64,000 nt of DNA from a virus (Duplodnaviria > Heunggongvirae > Uroviricota > Caudoviricetes), in IMG/VR virus record IMGVR_UViG_3300028908_000001, positions 1-64,000 of that record, one strand, 5' to 3'. Of the stretch, positions 26,298 to 34,712 are shown piece after piece (within the stretch, counting starts at the first letter, position 1; every line of letters starts with the position of its first letter). The notes beneath the pieces were generated by a model. It was not told the origin of the DNA and did not search any database. It worked only from the letters and a program-made list of their open reading frames with translations. The position numbers and the translations under genes are program-made.

Positions 26298-27266
26298 GTG
26301 GACCGCATCCGTCTGAGCAAGGCCGCAAAGGAGGTAACGCAGGGCGACGCCCCAGAGCTTCTGGATATAGCTATCACGAAGCGCTGCACGAGGCGATGTC
26401 CCTACTGCTATATGGATGCTGGGGACGCTGTTGATATGCCGCTGGTGGCGTTCGAGAAGCTAATGGAAGAAGCAGGCAGGATTGGGGTATTTCAGGTGGC
26501 CCTCGGCGGCGGTGAACCCACTATCCATCCGCAATTCATCGACATCTTGGCTTGTGCTCGCCAGCACAAAGTGGTTCCCAACTATACGACTAATGGCGAC
26601 AACTTGACCAATGAAGTGTTGGAAGCCACTGCGAAGTACGTCGGCGCGGCGGCTATCAGTTACCACGACGGCCACCGGTCCATTGAGCGCGGCAAGCCGC
26701 TAACAGAAGTCGTCCCTACCAACATACACTTTATTCTGGGCCATGAAACGGTAGACGAAGCTATTTGGCTGCTGCAGCACCGCGAAGCGTGGGCAGACTA
26801 CAATGCTGTCATATTCTTGCGATACAAGCCTGTTGGCCGCGCCGATGCTTCTGGGGCGTTGACAATCGAGGACGCTGCGCGGTTTCTTGCTGCTGTAGAG
26901 GAAACTGCTGGTGATCTTAGCGGGGCCATCGGCTTCGATGCTTGCTTGGTACCGTTGCTTTTCGGCGGGCCGTTTGCTGATTTCACCTACAGCGCCTGTG
27001 GTGCAGCGCGGTTCAGTATGTTTGTGGACGTTGATGGCCGCGCTGCTCCGTGTTCTTTCTTTCGCGACAAAGCGTGGCCGTCGGCATTCGAGCATGGTAT
27101 CAGGGGCTGCTGGCATAGCAAGCCATTCGAGGAGTTCCGGCAGTCGCAAGAACGAAACGGCGAATGCGCGGGCTGCCAGTTTAGTAAAGTGTGCCGCAAG
27201 TGTTTGCTACTGGATGATATTTGCGGCCCGCGCGTGCGCCAGTGTAGGGTGAGCAGCAATGCTTAG
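26298..27266 (+). CDS. radical SAM enzyme with C-terminal SPASM/twitch domain
   Basis: CTRRCPYC (CxxxCxxC), GGGEPT glycine-rich SAM motif, SPASM signature CGAARFSMFVDVDGRAAPC plus CAGCQFSKVCRKC. Start uncertain: the ORF is open from GTG 26172 and overlaps peptide B; GTG at 26298 lies 5 nt after peptide B's stop. Confidence 0.8.
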   Translation: MDRIRLSKAAKEVTQGDAPELLDIAITKRCTRRCPYCYMDAGDAVDMPLVAFEKLMEEAGRIGVFQVALGGGEPTIHPQFIDILACARQHKVVPNYTTNGDNLTNEVLEATAKYVGAAAISYHDGHRSIERGKPLTEVVPTNIHFILGHETVDEAIWLLQHREAWADYNAVIFLRYKPVGRADASGALTIEDAARFLAAVEETAGDLSGAIGFDACLVPLLFGGPFADFTYSACGAARFSMFVDVDGRAAPCSFFRDKAWPSAFEHGIRGCWHSKPFEEFRQSQERNGECAGCQFSKVCRKCLLLDDICGPRVRQCRVSSNA

Positions 27267-27678
27267 CTTAGGTTTTGTCACTAACAGCAGCAGCACTTCG
27301 TACTTGGTGTTCTATGACGCATCGGAAGAGGATGAACTGCGCGAAGCGGTTGAGCGCCGAGCTGAAGAAGAAGGTGGCTTCCGGCGGCCCCAGCAATGCT
27401 TGGTGACTTACGATACGTTCGAGCAACTGGTGGCCGCCGAGGGCTTCGATTTCAAGGATGATGGTTTCATGGACGTACTGCTGGAGTTTGCACAGCTATT
27501 ACGTCGCTCCACTTGGCATCCAGGAGATACAAAGCTCCCCGATGTCCCGCGCTACAAAGTGGGGTTTGTTATTGACCCAGAAGACTATTGCTTCGGTGTC
27601 TATGATGACGTGTTGGCGGGGCTGCACGAGAAGGGTGTTGTGCTGGCCTACGGCAAGATGTCGTTGTTGTGGTTTTGA
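27259..27678 (+). CDS. hypothetical acidic protein
   Basis: 139-aa ORF with an 8-nt overlap to the radical SAM gene. Confidence 0.55.
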   Translation: MLSLGFVTNSSSTSYLVFYDASEEDELREAVERRAEEEGGFRRPQQCLVTYDTFEQLVAAEGFDFKDDGFMDVLLEFAQLLRRSTWHPGDTKLPDVPRYKVGFVIDPEDYCFGVYDDVLAGLHEKGVVLAYGKMSLLWF

Positions 27679-27754
27679 ATACCCGCGGGAGAAAAATTGC
27701 GCATACAGGTTTCGCGGCGGCCCTCAGCGGGAATACTGTTACTGGTGACGGACG

Positions 27755-27964
27755 ATGTTGCAGTACCAGTACGGGCAAGGCGACAAGGTTGTGCATTTGC
27801 GGGTGCATGTCAGCCCACTGACGTTGTGCGGCCGCCGTGTGTTGTCTGCGGAGCTGTCGCATCAACAGCCAGAAGGAACGCATATCTGCGGCAACTGCTT
27901 GGCAGCCGCGCGGCGGCTAATGGAGCAGATCGGCCAATTGGAGGATATCCATCATGCGGATTGA
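27755..27964 (+). CDS. small zinc-ribbon protein (putative)
   Basis: CGRR...CGNC pairs; GGTGA SD. Preferred over the overlapping ORF 27697..28056. Confidence 0.45.
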   Translation: MLQYQYGQGDKVVHLRVHVSPLTLCGRRVLSAELSHQQPEGTHICGNCLAAARRLMEQIGQLEDIHHAD

Positions 27965-28226
27965 TGTCTTTAAGCGAGGAAGTGGCGAGTACATCGAGTC
28001 TACTGATTTCGTGGGGGCTTTATATCATCTTATGCTTGGTCATCGGGTGGAGGTAATGACACCCGCGGCGGTGCGGTTTGTAATCTCTGTTGTAGGCGAC
28101 AAGGTCATTGTTGAGGTTGCAGAGCGCGTCGTGGGAGAGTACCAATCGGCCCTAGAGGCGTTGCGGGCGGTTATAGACATCGTGCGGGCATACAAAGATC
28201 TTGATATGCGAGGTGATGCGCCGTGA
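27954..28226 (+). CDS. hypothetical protein
   Basis: GGAGG SD; 90 aa. Confidence 0.55.
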   Translation: MRIDVFKRGSGEYIESTDFVGALYHLMLGHRVEVMTPAAVRFVISVVGDKVIVEVAERVVGEYQSALEALRAVIDIVRAYKDLDMRGDAP

Positions 28227-28417
28227 AGTGTCCGAAGTGCGGGGAACAGATGATTTTGGAGTTCAGGCTGTCGCGGGTTCGTGGTTGGTCTTTGAGTGAT
28301 TGGTTGCCTGCGTGGCAGCCCCAGCCGCCCGAACAGCGATGGCATTGCCCAGAATGCGGGCACGTTGTGAACATCCCGAGTAGGGTCGCTGATTGGGTGG
28401 CGCACGGTCGCGCGTGA
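28223..28417 (+). CDS. small zinc-ribbon protein
   Basis: CPKC...CPEC. Confidence 0.55.
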   Translation: MKCPKCGEQMILEFRLSRVRGWSLSDWLPAWQPQPPEQRWHCPECGHVVNIPSRVADWVAHGRA

Positions 28418-28567
28418 TAACTATGTGGGACCCCGAGGTTGATATACGGCCCGTTATAGGTATCTGGGAGCGCTTGTACTTGTGGGCCGCGGGCTTTCTC
28501 TTCTGCGGTATCACAATCTATGTTACCATGTGGCTGATAGCATACATTCTTACACACGGAGGTTGCT

Positions 28568-28793
28568 GATGGATAAGGTTCAACGGGTACAAATAGCTTC
28601 ACAAGTCGATCCTTGGTGGGAACGCGAGACAATGCTGACTATTGCCGAAGCGGCACAGATATTGGGCGTATCATACGCCACGGCTTTGTGGCTTACACAG
28701 AAGGGGCGATTGCGCGAAGGCCCCGCGGGCAGTCATTTTGTTAGCCGCGCCAGCGTGCGCGGGCTGCTGAAAGAATGGAGGAGTGCCCAATGA
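28568..28793 (+). CDS. MerR/excisionase-like HTH DNA-binding protein
   Basis: HTH LTIAEAAQILGVSYATALWLTQKGRL; GGAGG SD before the ATG at 28568. Confidence 0.6.
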
Positions 28794-29344
28794 TGGCCTT
28801 CGCATTAGCATTGGCATCCCTCCCGCCTCGCCTCCCGCCCGTCTATGTGACGCCGCATGGTGGGGAGCTCGTGTCCATCCCCGATCCCTCCCGCGAGCTC
28901 CCCACCGACCCATTTCTTCGCTGTGCCACAAAAGCCTTGCGCGGTGACTATGGCAATTTGGAACGGTGGCAAGAGGAAGCCTACAAGAAAGGATTAGCCG
29001 CGCGGCTCAAGGCAGATAAGCCGCTGGTATTGACGCAGTATAATGCTCACGAGGGGCGTTCGGGGCGGGTTGACTGTCATGGCAAACCGTGTGGTTGGCA
29101 CACGGCGGCTTCCAACAAGATACCCCAGGGTTATGTCATCTGGACCAATCTGACGGGCTTGAGGATCATCTGTGATAGGGGTAGCCGCCGGAATGATAGG
29201 ATAGCCGCGCGACTCGGCGGCACTTGGGTGGATATTTGGTTCCCAAGTGCCAAAGTGGCGCGGCAACACGGGGTAGACGGGTGGGTGCGCGTTGTCGGGG
29301 CAGTCATACCGATGGATGGTGATCTGCTGTGGAATGGGCATTAG
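28790..29344 (+). CDS. hypothetical protein
   Basis: ATGA overlap with the upstream stop; GGAGGAG SD. Confidence 0.55.
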   Translation: MMAFALALASLPPRLPPVYVTPHGGELVSIPDPSRELPTDPFLRCATKALRGDYGNLERWQEEAYKKGLAARLKADKPLVLTQYNAHEGRSGRVDCHGKPCGWHTAASNKIPQGYVIWTNLTGLRIICDRGSRRNDRIAARLGGTWVDIWFPSAKVARQHGVDGWVRVVGAVIPMDGDLLWNGH

Positions 29345-29514
29345 CGGGTTTCATCGCGCTGCTGTGGGCAGGCGTAGGGTTCTTGGCGTATTGCGCGATT
29401 GTTGCCGCCAGCCGCGCGGACGCGGCGGCAATGAAGCACTGGAAGGAGGTAGGCCAAGATGACGGCTATAGAGACGAAGAGGGTCCAGTGGACGCCGCAG
29501 GAGACGGGGTGTAG
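29329..29514 (+). CDS. small membrane protein (doubtful)
   Basis: 61 aa with a hydrophobic N-terminus; overlaps the next gene by 56 nt. Confidence 0.3.
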   Translation: MEWALAGFIALLWAGVGFLAYCAIVAASRADAAAMKHWKEVGQDDGYRDEEGPVDAAGDGV

Positions 29515-30004
29515 GCACCGCAAGCAGCGGCCACCTGTCATTGTCCCCCGCGGCATCAAGCTGTATCATCTGCGCTTCTTTGTCAACGGAGAGGTCTCGC
29601 CGAAGGGCGGCGTGACGATAGCCATCGACCCGTTCCGTCGCGTTTGGGCGGCCAGTTGGTGTTCGCCAGAGGACAACTTCTGCGGATGGCGCGGCAGCTT
29701 GGCGGCGCTCGGGCGCTTGCGCAAGTACGGCGCACTCGCGTGGCAGCCGCTAAAAGCTGACAGAACGGGCGTGCGTGCCTATCGTCTGCCGCGGGGCGAG
29801 ACGGTAGCGGACGTGGTGGCCCACGTCGTGCAGCAGTTTGCACCGACTGCTTGGTTGCAGAGCGTCAATAGATGGCTGCAGCGGCGCAACCTAGCGGGCG
29901 TGGTATTGGCCACCAAGTCTGGCAGCGTACAGTTAGAAGCGTCTCCCAACGGAGAGTGGGCACTTTTTACGAGGAGGGTCGCAAATGAAGCGCAGCATGC
30001 TTGA
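29459..30004 (+). CDS. hypothetical protein
   Basis: GGAGG SD at 9-nt spacing. Confidence 0.6.
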   Translation: MTAIETKRVQWTPQETGCRHRKQRPPVIVPRGIKLYHLRFFVNGEVSPKGGVTIAIDPFRRVWAASWCSPEDNFCGWRGSLAALGRLRKYGALAWQPLKADRTGVRAYRLPRGETVADVVAHVVQQFAPTAWLQSVNRWLQRRNLAGVVLATKSGSVQLEASPNGEWALFTRRVANEAQHA

Positions 30005-30431
30005 AACTCAGCAGCTTTTGCGTGATTTGCTGCTCAAATATGGCTATGATGACCGCGCGGCGGCCTCCTTGGCGGTGCATTTGGCGGAGCTCCGCAGGTT
30101 ATGTGGCCATTATGTGCGTGTTCTGGAAAAGGGCGAGGCCATCGACGACCTAGTGAAGCAAGAGAAAATAAAGAGTTTGTCGCAGGTTATTGCGTATCAT
30201 GCTAGCCGCGCGGCTGTTATCTTTGATGAAGGCGTCGAGTACGTGGATAAGAGCGAACGGCCCGCGGGTGAAATGGCTGTAGTTGCCGACGAGGCCGATA
30301 CCAATTTGGAACGTGTGCTCAATGCTTTGCGACAAGAAGCAATCCGCCGTGGCATTCTACCGGAGGATGTTGAAGAGGCTGTCGAGGAAGCTAGGGGAGA
30401 GACATACGATGAGCAATATGGACAGCAATAA
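29985..30431 (+). CDS. hypothetical protein
   Basis: 148-aa ORF. Confidence 0.55.
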   Translation: MKRSMLETQQLLRDLLLKYGYDDRAAASLAVHLAELRRLCGHYVRVLEKGEAIDDLVKQEKIKSLSQVIAYHASRAAVIFDEGVEYVDKSERPAGEMAVVADEADTNLERVLNALRQEAIRRGILPEDVEEAVEEARGETYDEQYGQQ

Positions 30432-30837
30432 TGGCGATATGGGGCAATACGGCAGGGATTGGATATTGGACGAGTCGGGGCGGTCAGTGGCTCCCGAAAG
30501 AGCCGAACAGCAAGAACTTAGCCAAAGCGCTTTGTTGCGGGCCATCATCGAAGCAACGGAAGCGGGTAGGTTGGAATGGTACTACGCGCCGGGATGTACT
30601 GGCGCAGCAGACTTGGGGCCATGGCACTTTGTCATGCGTGAAAACGACGAGGGGCTTCCATACTTGGAGGCTTGGGCGGTTGCAGGTACAGCACAGGGTA
30701 TAAGTTGGGCGTGGTACTTTCATCTGGACGAATTGTTTGAGCTGGAGAGGTTGGTGAAAGCCGCCGTTGCGCGGGACAAGGAAAAGCAGCGGCGGGCTTA
30801 CGATGACTTGATGAGCCGCTTGAAGGGCGGTGCATAG
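30409..30837 (+). CDS. hypothetical protein
   Basis: Start at MSNMDS after the upstream stop. Confidence 0.5.
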   Translation: MSNMDSNNGDMGQYGRDWILDESGRSVAPERAEQQELSQSALLRAIIEATEAGRLEWYYAPGCTGAADLGPWHFVMRENDEGLPYLEAWAVAGTAQGISWAWYFHLDELFELERLVKAAVARDKEKQRRAYDDLMSRLKGGA

Positions 30838-30839
30838 CA

Positions 30840-31454
30840 ATGGCCGATGGACCTAGGGTTGTGCGGCTAAAGTTTGCGCCGGAGTTTGAAGCTGACCTGC
30901 GGGCGGGCATGAAGCGTACAACGTTGCGGCTGAATATGGTGCCCGTTGTGCAAGTGGGCGACGAATTGGTGGCAATCAATGCCGAGACGGGTGACGAGAT
31001 AATTCGCGGGCAAGTAGTTGAGGTCTGGTCGGGGCCGCTGATGATGTTGCCCATCAAATGGTATCAAGCTGAAGGAGTCGATAGTTACTTGGAGCTAAAG
31101 CGCTTGCTCGCTAGGTTCTACGACACTGTTCGGGATGACCGTCTCGTCGTGGCTATCGAGTGGAGCTTTGTTCAATGGCGAGATGACTGCGGGACAGTGA
31201 TGGTGCGGGGCGTCGGTCATTTGAGACAACTGCTGCAGGACATGCTGGATGAGGACTCGGCTACCGTAACTGGCCCAAGCGGTTCTTATCGCGTGCGCTG
31301 CCGCGAGATGTGGGAGGACGGCCCCGACTGGGAAGTGTGGCGCGTCGTGAACGGAGAATTGGTGGTGCATGTGGGGTCGTTTTCAGACGCTCTGGACGGC
31401 GCGTGGGCGCTTTGGCGGCGAGCGTGCTTGGGCTACGAGGAGGCGGCCGACTAA
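30840..31454 (+). CDS. hypothetical protein
   Basis: 204-aa ORF. Confidence 0.6.
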   Translation: MADGPRVVRLKFAPEFEADLRAGMKRTTLRLNMVPVVQVGDELVAINAETGDEIIRGQVVEVWSGPLMMLPIKWYQAEGVDSYLELKRLLARFYDTVRDDRLVVAIEWSFVQWRDDCGTVMVRGVGHLRQLLQDMLDEDSATVTGPSGSYRVRCREMWEDGPDWEVWRVVNGELVVHVGSFSDALDGAWALWRRACLGYEEAAD

Positions 31455-31837
31455 TGCGGGCAACAATAGACCAGAGCTTCGACGAAGAGCTGTACACCCG
31501 CGAACGCCAGCGATGGCACAATTGGTTTGTGCACCAGTATGGCAGTTCCTATGACAGGAACGACATGATAGCGCTTGTCTTCGTGACGTATATGCAAGAG
31601 CGCTACGGGCCATCTTGCCGGGATAGGGAGACGGGCAAGATTATGGATTGGGGCCAGGCCCTCGCGCGGGAATGTTATGGTGTGAATTGGAATGACGTGA
31701 TGCCCGATAGTGCACCGTCTGAGGACGATGCGCAACGGGCCGAGGCATGGATGCGGGGTAATTGGCCTGATTGGGTTGACGTTGAGTTTTTGGCCCGCCA
31801 AGCAATGCGTGCCGAGGAGGCCGTCAGCGATGAGTGA
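31454..31837 (+). CDS. hypothetical protein
   Basis: ATGcgggca at 31454 overlaps the upstream stop. Confidence 0.55.
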   Translation: MRATIDQSFDEELYTRERQRWHNWFVHQYGSSYDRNDMIALVFVTYMQERYGPSCRDRETGKIMDWGQALARECYGVNWNDVMPDSAPSEDDAQRAEAWMRGNWPDWVDVEFLARQAMRAEEAVSDE

Positions 31838-32081
31838 TTGGTTTCCTTGGGTTTGGTTCATGTTGGGTTACATGTCGGGTTTTTACGACGGCGCGGCCAC
31901 GGGGCATGAATTGGACGCCGAAGTGCTTGGACATCGGGCTGAGATTGCGTATCGGAAGATGGTCGCGGCGTTCGCGGAGTTGGGCGACTATAGCAAGTTT
32001 GTGTCGGTTTTGCTGGCCCGCGCGGCGCACAAGGTCTTGAGCGACGAGGAGGCGGCTGACCAATGCGAGAACAATCTATGA
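31830..32081 (+). CDS. hypothetical small protein (MSDWFPWVWFMLG)
   Basis: GAGGAGG SD; hydrophobic N-terminus. Confidence 0.5.
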   Translation: MSDWFPWVWFMLGYMSGFYDGAATGHELDAEVLGHRAEIAYRKMVAAFAELGDYSKFVSVLLARAAHKVLSDEEAADQCENNL

Positions 32082-32208
32082 AACGGAGTGATAACAGGCG
32101 AGTACCGACCGAGCGCAAGCGCCCAAGGACCGCGAAGCATCGCCATGGAAGCTCGGGAGGTGGCGTGTATCCTGCACCGCGCCCCTGTCGAATCATTGAG
32201 AATGGGGA

Positions 32209-32629
32209 GTGTTAGTAATGGGAAAGGTGCCTCCGAAGTTTATGGTTGCCGCGATATTGCGGGCTGCTGAGCGACAACATACGAACCTACTGCCTTCTGA
32301 CGCGGGCGCATTGGCGTATCTGGTGGCATTGCGCCACGGGGTCACCAACCTGACGTTTCGTTCCCCCCGACGGTGTGTGGTCGGGGGACATCAGTGCGGC
32401 CATTGCGGCCTTGCAAGGCTGGGGTGCGATAGACAGGAACTTGTGCATCACAGAACGCGAGCGCGAGGAATACAACCGCCTGCCCGATGATGTGCGGCGG
32501 CTGATAGACAAACTTTCTTCAACTGCTGCGTCCATCCTCTCTGAGGTCGAAGATCCACGGCTATTGGGTTGTATCTGCCGTGTCGTCCGCGAGGTCTGTG
32601 TCCGGCCTGATGTTGCGGGGGTGTGCTGA
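32209..32629 (+). CDS. hypothetical protein, apparently frameshifted at a C6 tract (about 32346-32351)
   Basis: ORF 32209..32490 and ORF 32375..32629 join into one plausible protein if one C is removed or added at ttcccccc. Confidence 0.4.
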
Positions 32630-32634
32630 TGTGC

Positions 32635-32661
32635 GAGTAATCTACCAGCCGCGAGGCAAAG
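32635..32661 (+). repeat. 27-nt direct repeat, copy 1 (duplicated 5' end of the radical SAM gene)
   Basis: gagtaatctaccagccgcgaggcaaag versus gagtaatctacgagccgcgaggcaaag at 33062-33088 (26/27 identical). Confidence 0.85.
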
Positions 32662-32677
32662 GGAGAGGGGGAGTCGT

Positions 32678-33061
32678 ATGCCGACAGCGAGAATAGATGT
32701 GAGTTCGGCCATACAACTAGCTGATATTGCTGCATGTGCTGAATTGACCGCAACCCACTTGCGTGAATTGTCTAGCGGTTCTGCTGCTGTGCCAGCAAAA
32801 CAGGGGCTTGTACTGCGCATGATTGAGATACTGCAAAGACTAAAAGCAAGCGCTTCCCCAGAGTGCCTGATCTACGGCAGATATGAGTATCGCTCGCCAG
32901 TAGCTGAAATCGCAACCAGTGCTTTGCCTTGTGATTTGGATGTGCTGATGCATAGTTTGCAGTCCATTGTGCGAAGCCAGCGGGCAGCCGCTTCCTTTGC
33001 CGCTCAAATGTTGGAACACTTATCTGACAACATCGTAACGGCCTTAGGAGGTGTGATATGA
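32678..33061 (+). CDS. hypothetical protein (moron flanked by 27-nt direct repeats)
   Basis: 127-aa ORF with a GGGGGAG SD; bounded by repeats at 32635-32661 and 33062-33088. Confidence 0.55.
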   Translation: MPTARIDVSSAIQLADIAACAELTATHLRELSSGSAAVPAKQGLVLRMIEILQRLKASASPECLIYGRYEYRSPVAEIATSALPCDLDVLMHSLQSIVRSQRAAASFAAQMLEHLSDNIVTALGGVI

Positions 33062-34011
33062 GAGTAATCTACGAGCCGCGAGGCAAAGCACGGGAATATG
33101 CGCCGTTGGCCGTCAACTTGTACACCGGCGGTTGGAACGGCGGCGGTTGCAACAACGGGTGCAAGTACTGTTATGTTCAGTGGATGCCCGGCTTCCGCGA
33201 TAGGCGCGGGCAGCCGCTTTGCCTGAGGGATGGCGTGCTTGAGCAGCTTGAGAAGGATGTGGAGGAACTGGCCGCGCGGGGCTGTCAAGACGAGATACTG
33301 CTGAGTTTTACGCATGATCCCTTCCTTCCCAGTGACACATCAATACAGACGGAGCAAGGTTTCGTGCCTATGCCTCCTATCATGCTTCACCCTGTTCAGC
33401 GCGCGCTGGACATCTTAGTTGAGACCGGCCTGAAGTGGACCACTCTGACCAAGAACCCATACATAGCCCTTACAGCCGGCGAGGATTTTTATCGCAAGGC
33501 GGGTGCGCGATGCCGCTTTGGTGTTTCGTTGTCTTGGGTGGCAGAAGCCACCGAGGAAGCCCGATGGTGGGAGCCAAATGCTGACATTCCGGCGCTACGT
33601 ATAAACTGCTTGGGCCAAGCCAAGGACTATTTGGGCCTTCGCACTTGGGTTTCATTGGAGCCTGTTCTTGACCCCGTGCAGGCCATCGAACTCATCTGCA
33701 GCTACAGCGACATCGTGGACGAGTGGCGGATCGGGTTGGCTAATTACGTGGAGAAGTGGCCCGCCGAAGCGCAAGAACAATACTGGGGATATTGGCGGGG
33801 TTTCTGGTTGCGGGTGCGGCAGCCGTGGCATGGCTTCGATTGGGCCGTCGCCGCTAAGGAGTTTGGCGAATGGCTCGCCAACACGCTGCAGAAGCACGCG
33901 CGGGCTTGGTATGTCAAGCACAGCTTGAGGCCCTATATGCCGAAGGGGTTTCCATACGAAATGGGGGATGTTTCCCATGCCAGCAAGAGTAACGTTTCGC
34001 GCGGCAACTGA
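33058..34011 (+). CDS. radical SAM protein, SplB/DNA-photolyase-like family (COG1533-type)
   Basis: N-terminal NLYTGGWNGGGCNNGCKYCY (CxxxCxYC). Confidence 0.75.
   Translation: MRVIYEPRGKAREYAPLAVNLYTGGWNGGGCNNGCKYCYVQWMPGFRDRRGQPLCLRDGVLEQLEKDVEELAARGCQDEILLSFTHDPFLPSDTSIQTEQGFVPMPPIMLHPVQRALDILVETGLKWTTLTKNPYIALTAGEDFYRKAGARCRFGVSLSWVAEATEEARWWEPNADIPALRINCLGQAKDYLGLRTWVSLEPVLDPVQAIELICSYSDIVDEWRIGLANYVEKWPAEAQEQYWGYWRGFWLRVRQPWHGFDWAVAAKEFGEWLANTLQKHARAWYVKHSLRPYMPKGFPYEMGDVSHASKSNVSRGN
33062..33088 (+). repeat. 27-nt direct repeat, copy 2 (codons 2-10 of the radical SAM gene)
   Basis: See copy 1. Confidence 0.85.
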
Positions 34012-34639
34012 AGCCGAATTGATAGGTGCGCTTCTAAAGGACGCACAGTATTGGCCCGCCGAAGTGCTTCTGAAGATATGGAAGACACCTGCGCAATTGG
34101 TGGCCACGGTCGAGTGTGGCTCTGTGCCAGATGGTTCGATAATCGAAGAATACATCGATGATGCGGCCCGCGACCGTGCTTGGGGCTTCGACGAAAGCGA
34201 ACTTGAAGAACTGGGGAATGCGGATGCTGCGGATTGTTTTGATGAAGACGAGTTGCGCGAGATGTATGAGGAAAGCACAAGCAGCTTGTTGGGGGCACTG
34301 AATGAAGGACTTCATATTGGCCACGACTTGGCAGAACTGCTGCGGCAGTGGCTCGCCAGCTTTGCTCGGGGTGTGCGCACGGTATGGATAGCCCGCCGCG
34401 CGGGCTACTATCAGCTCGGCGGCCTCCCCGACAACTTCTCCGATGACAAGGCATTTGAGTTGTGGCGTGAAGCGTTCATCGATGAACTCAACCGAAGGCT
34501 GGATGAGTATTGGGACTTGTCGGCTTATGACGATGCGGATGTGCTTCTGGATGAAGTCTACGAGCTTCGTGCGGAGAACGCGCGGTTGAAGCGCGAGGTT
34601 AAAGAATTGAAACAGCGCGAGAACGATGGCTCACAATAG
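33977..34639 (+). CDS. hypothetical acidic protein
   Basis: 220-aa ORF. Confidence 0.55.
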   Translation: MPARVTFRAATEAELIGALLKDAQYWPAEVLLKIWKTPAQLVATVECGSVPDGSIIEEYIDDAARDRAWGFDESELEELGNADAADCFDEDELREMYEESTSSLLGALNEGLHIGHDLAELLRQWLASFARGVRTVWIARRAGYYQLGGLPDNFSDDKAFELWREAFIDELNRRLDEYWDLSAYDDADVLLDEVYELRAENARLKREVKELKQRENDGSQ

Positions 34640-34656
34640 TTTGCCGCCGGTGGCAA

Positions 34657-34686
34657 TTGACACCACGTTCAGCAATACAATATAAT
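34657..34686 (+). promoter_or_regulatory. near-consensus sigma70 promoter TTGACA-N18-TATAAT
   Basis: Read directly: ttgacaccacgttcagcaatacaatataat, then a GGAGG SD and the ATG at 34713. Confidence 0.7.
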
Positions 34687-34712
34687 ACGAAAAACATCCT
34701 CGGAGGCACGCT

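Noticed and set aside
28417-28568. AT-richer 150-bp gap with TTGATA at 28438 as a further promoter family copy
   Set aside because: No matching TAATTA -10 at correct spacing; left unannotated.
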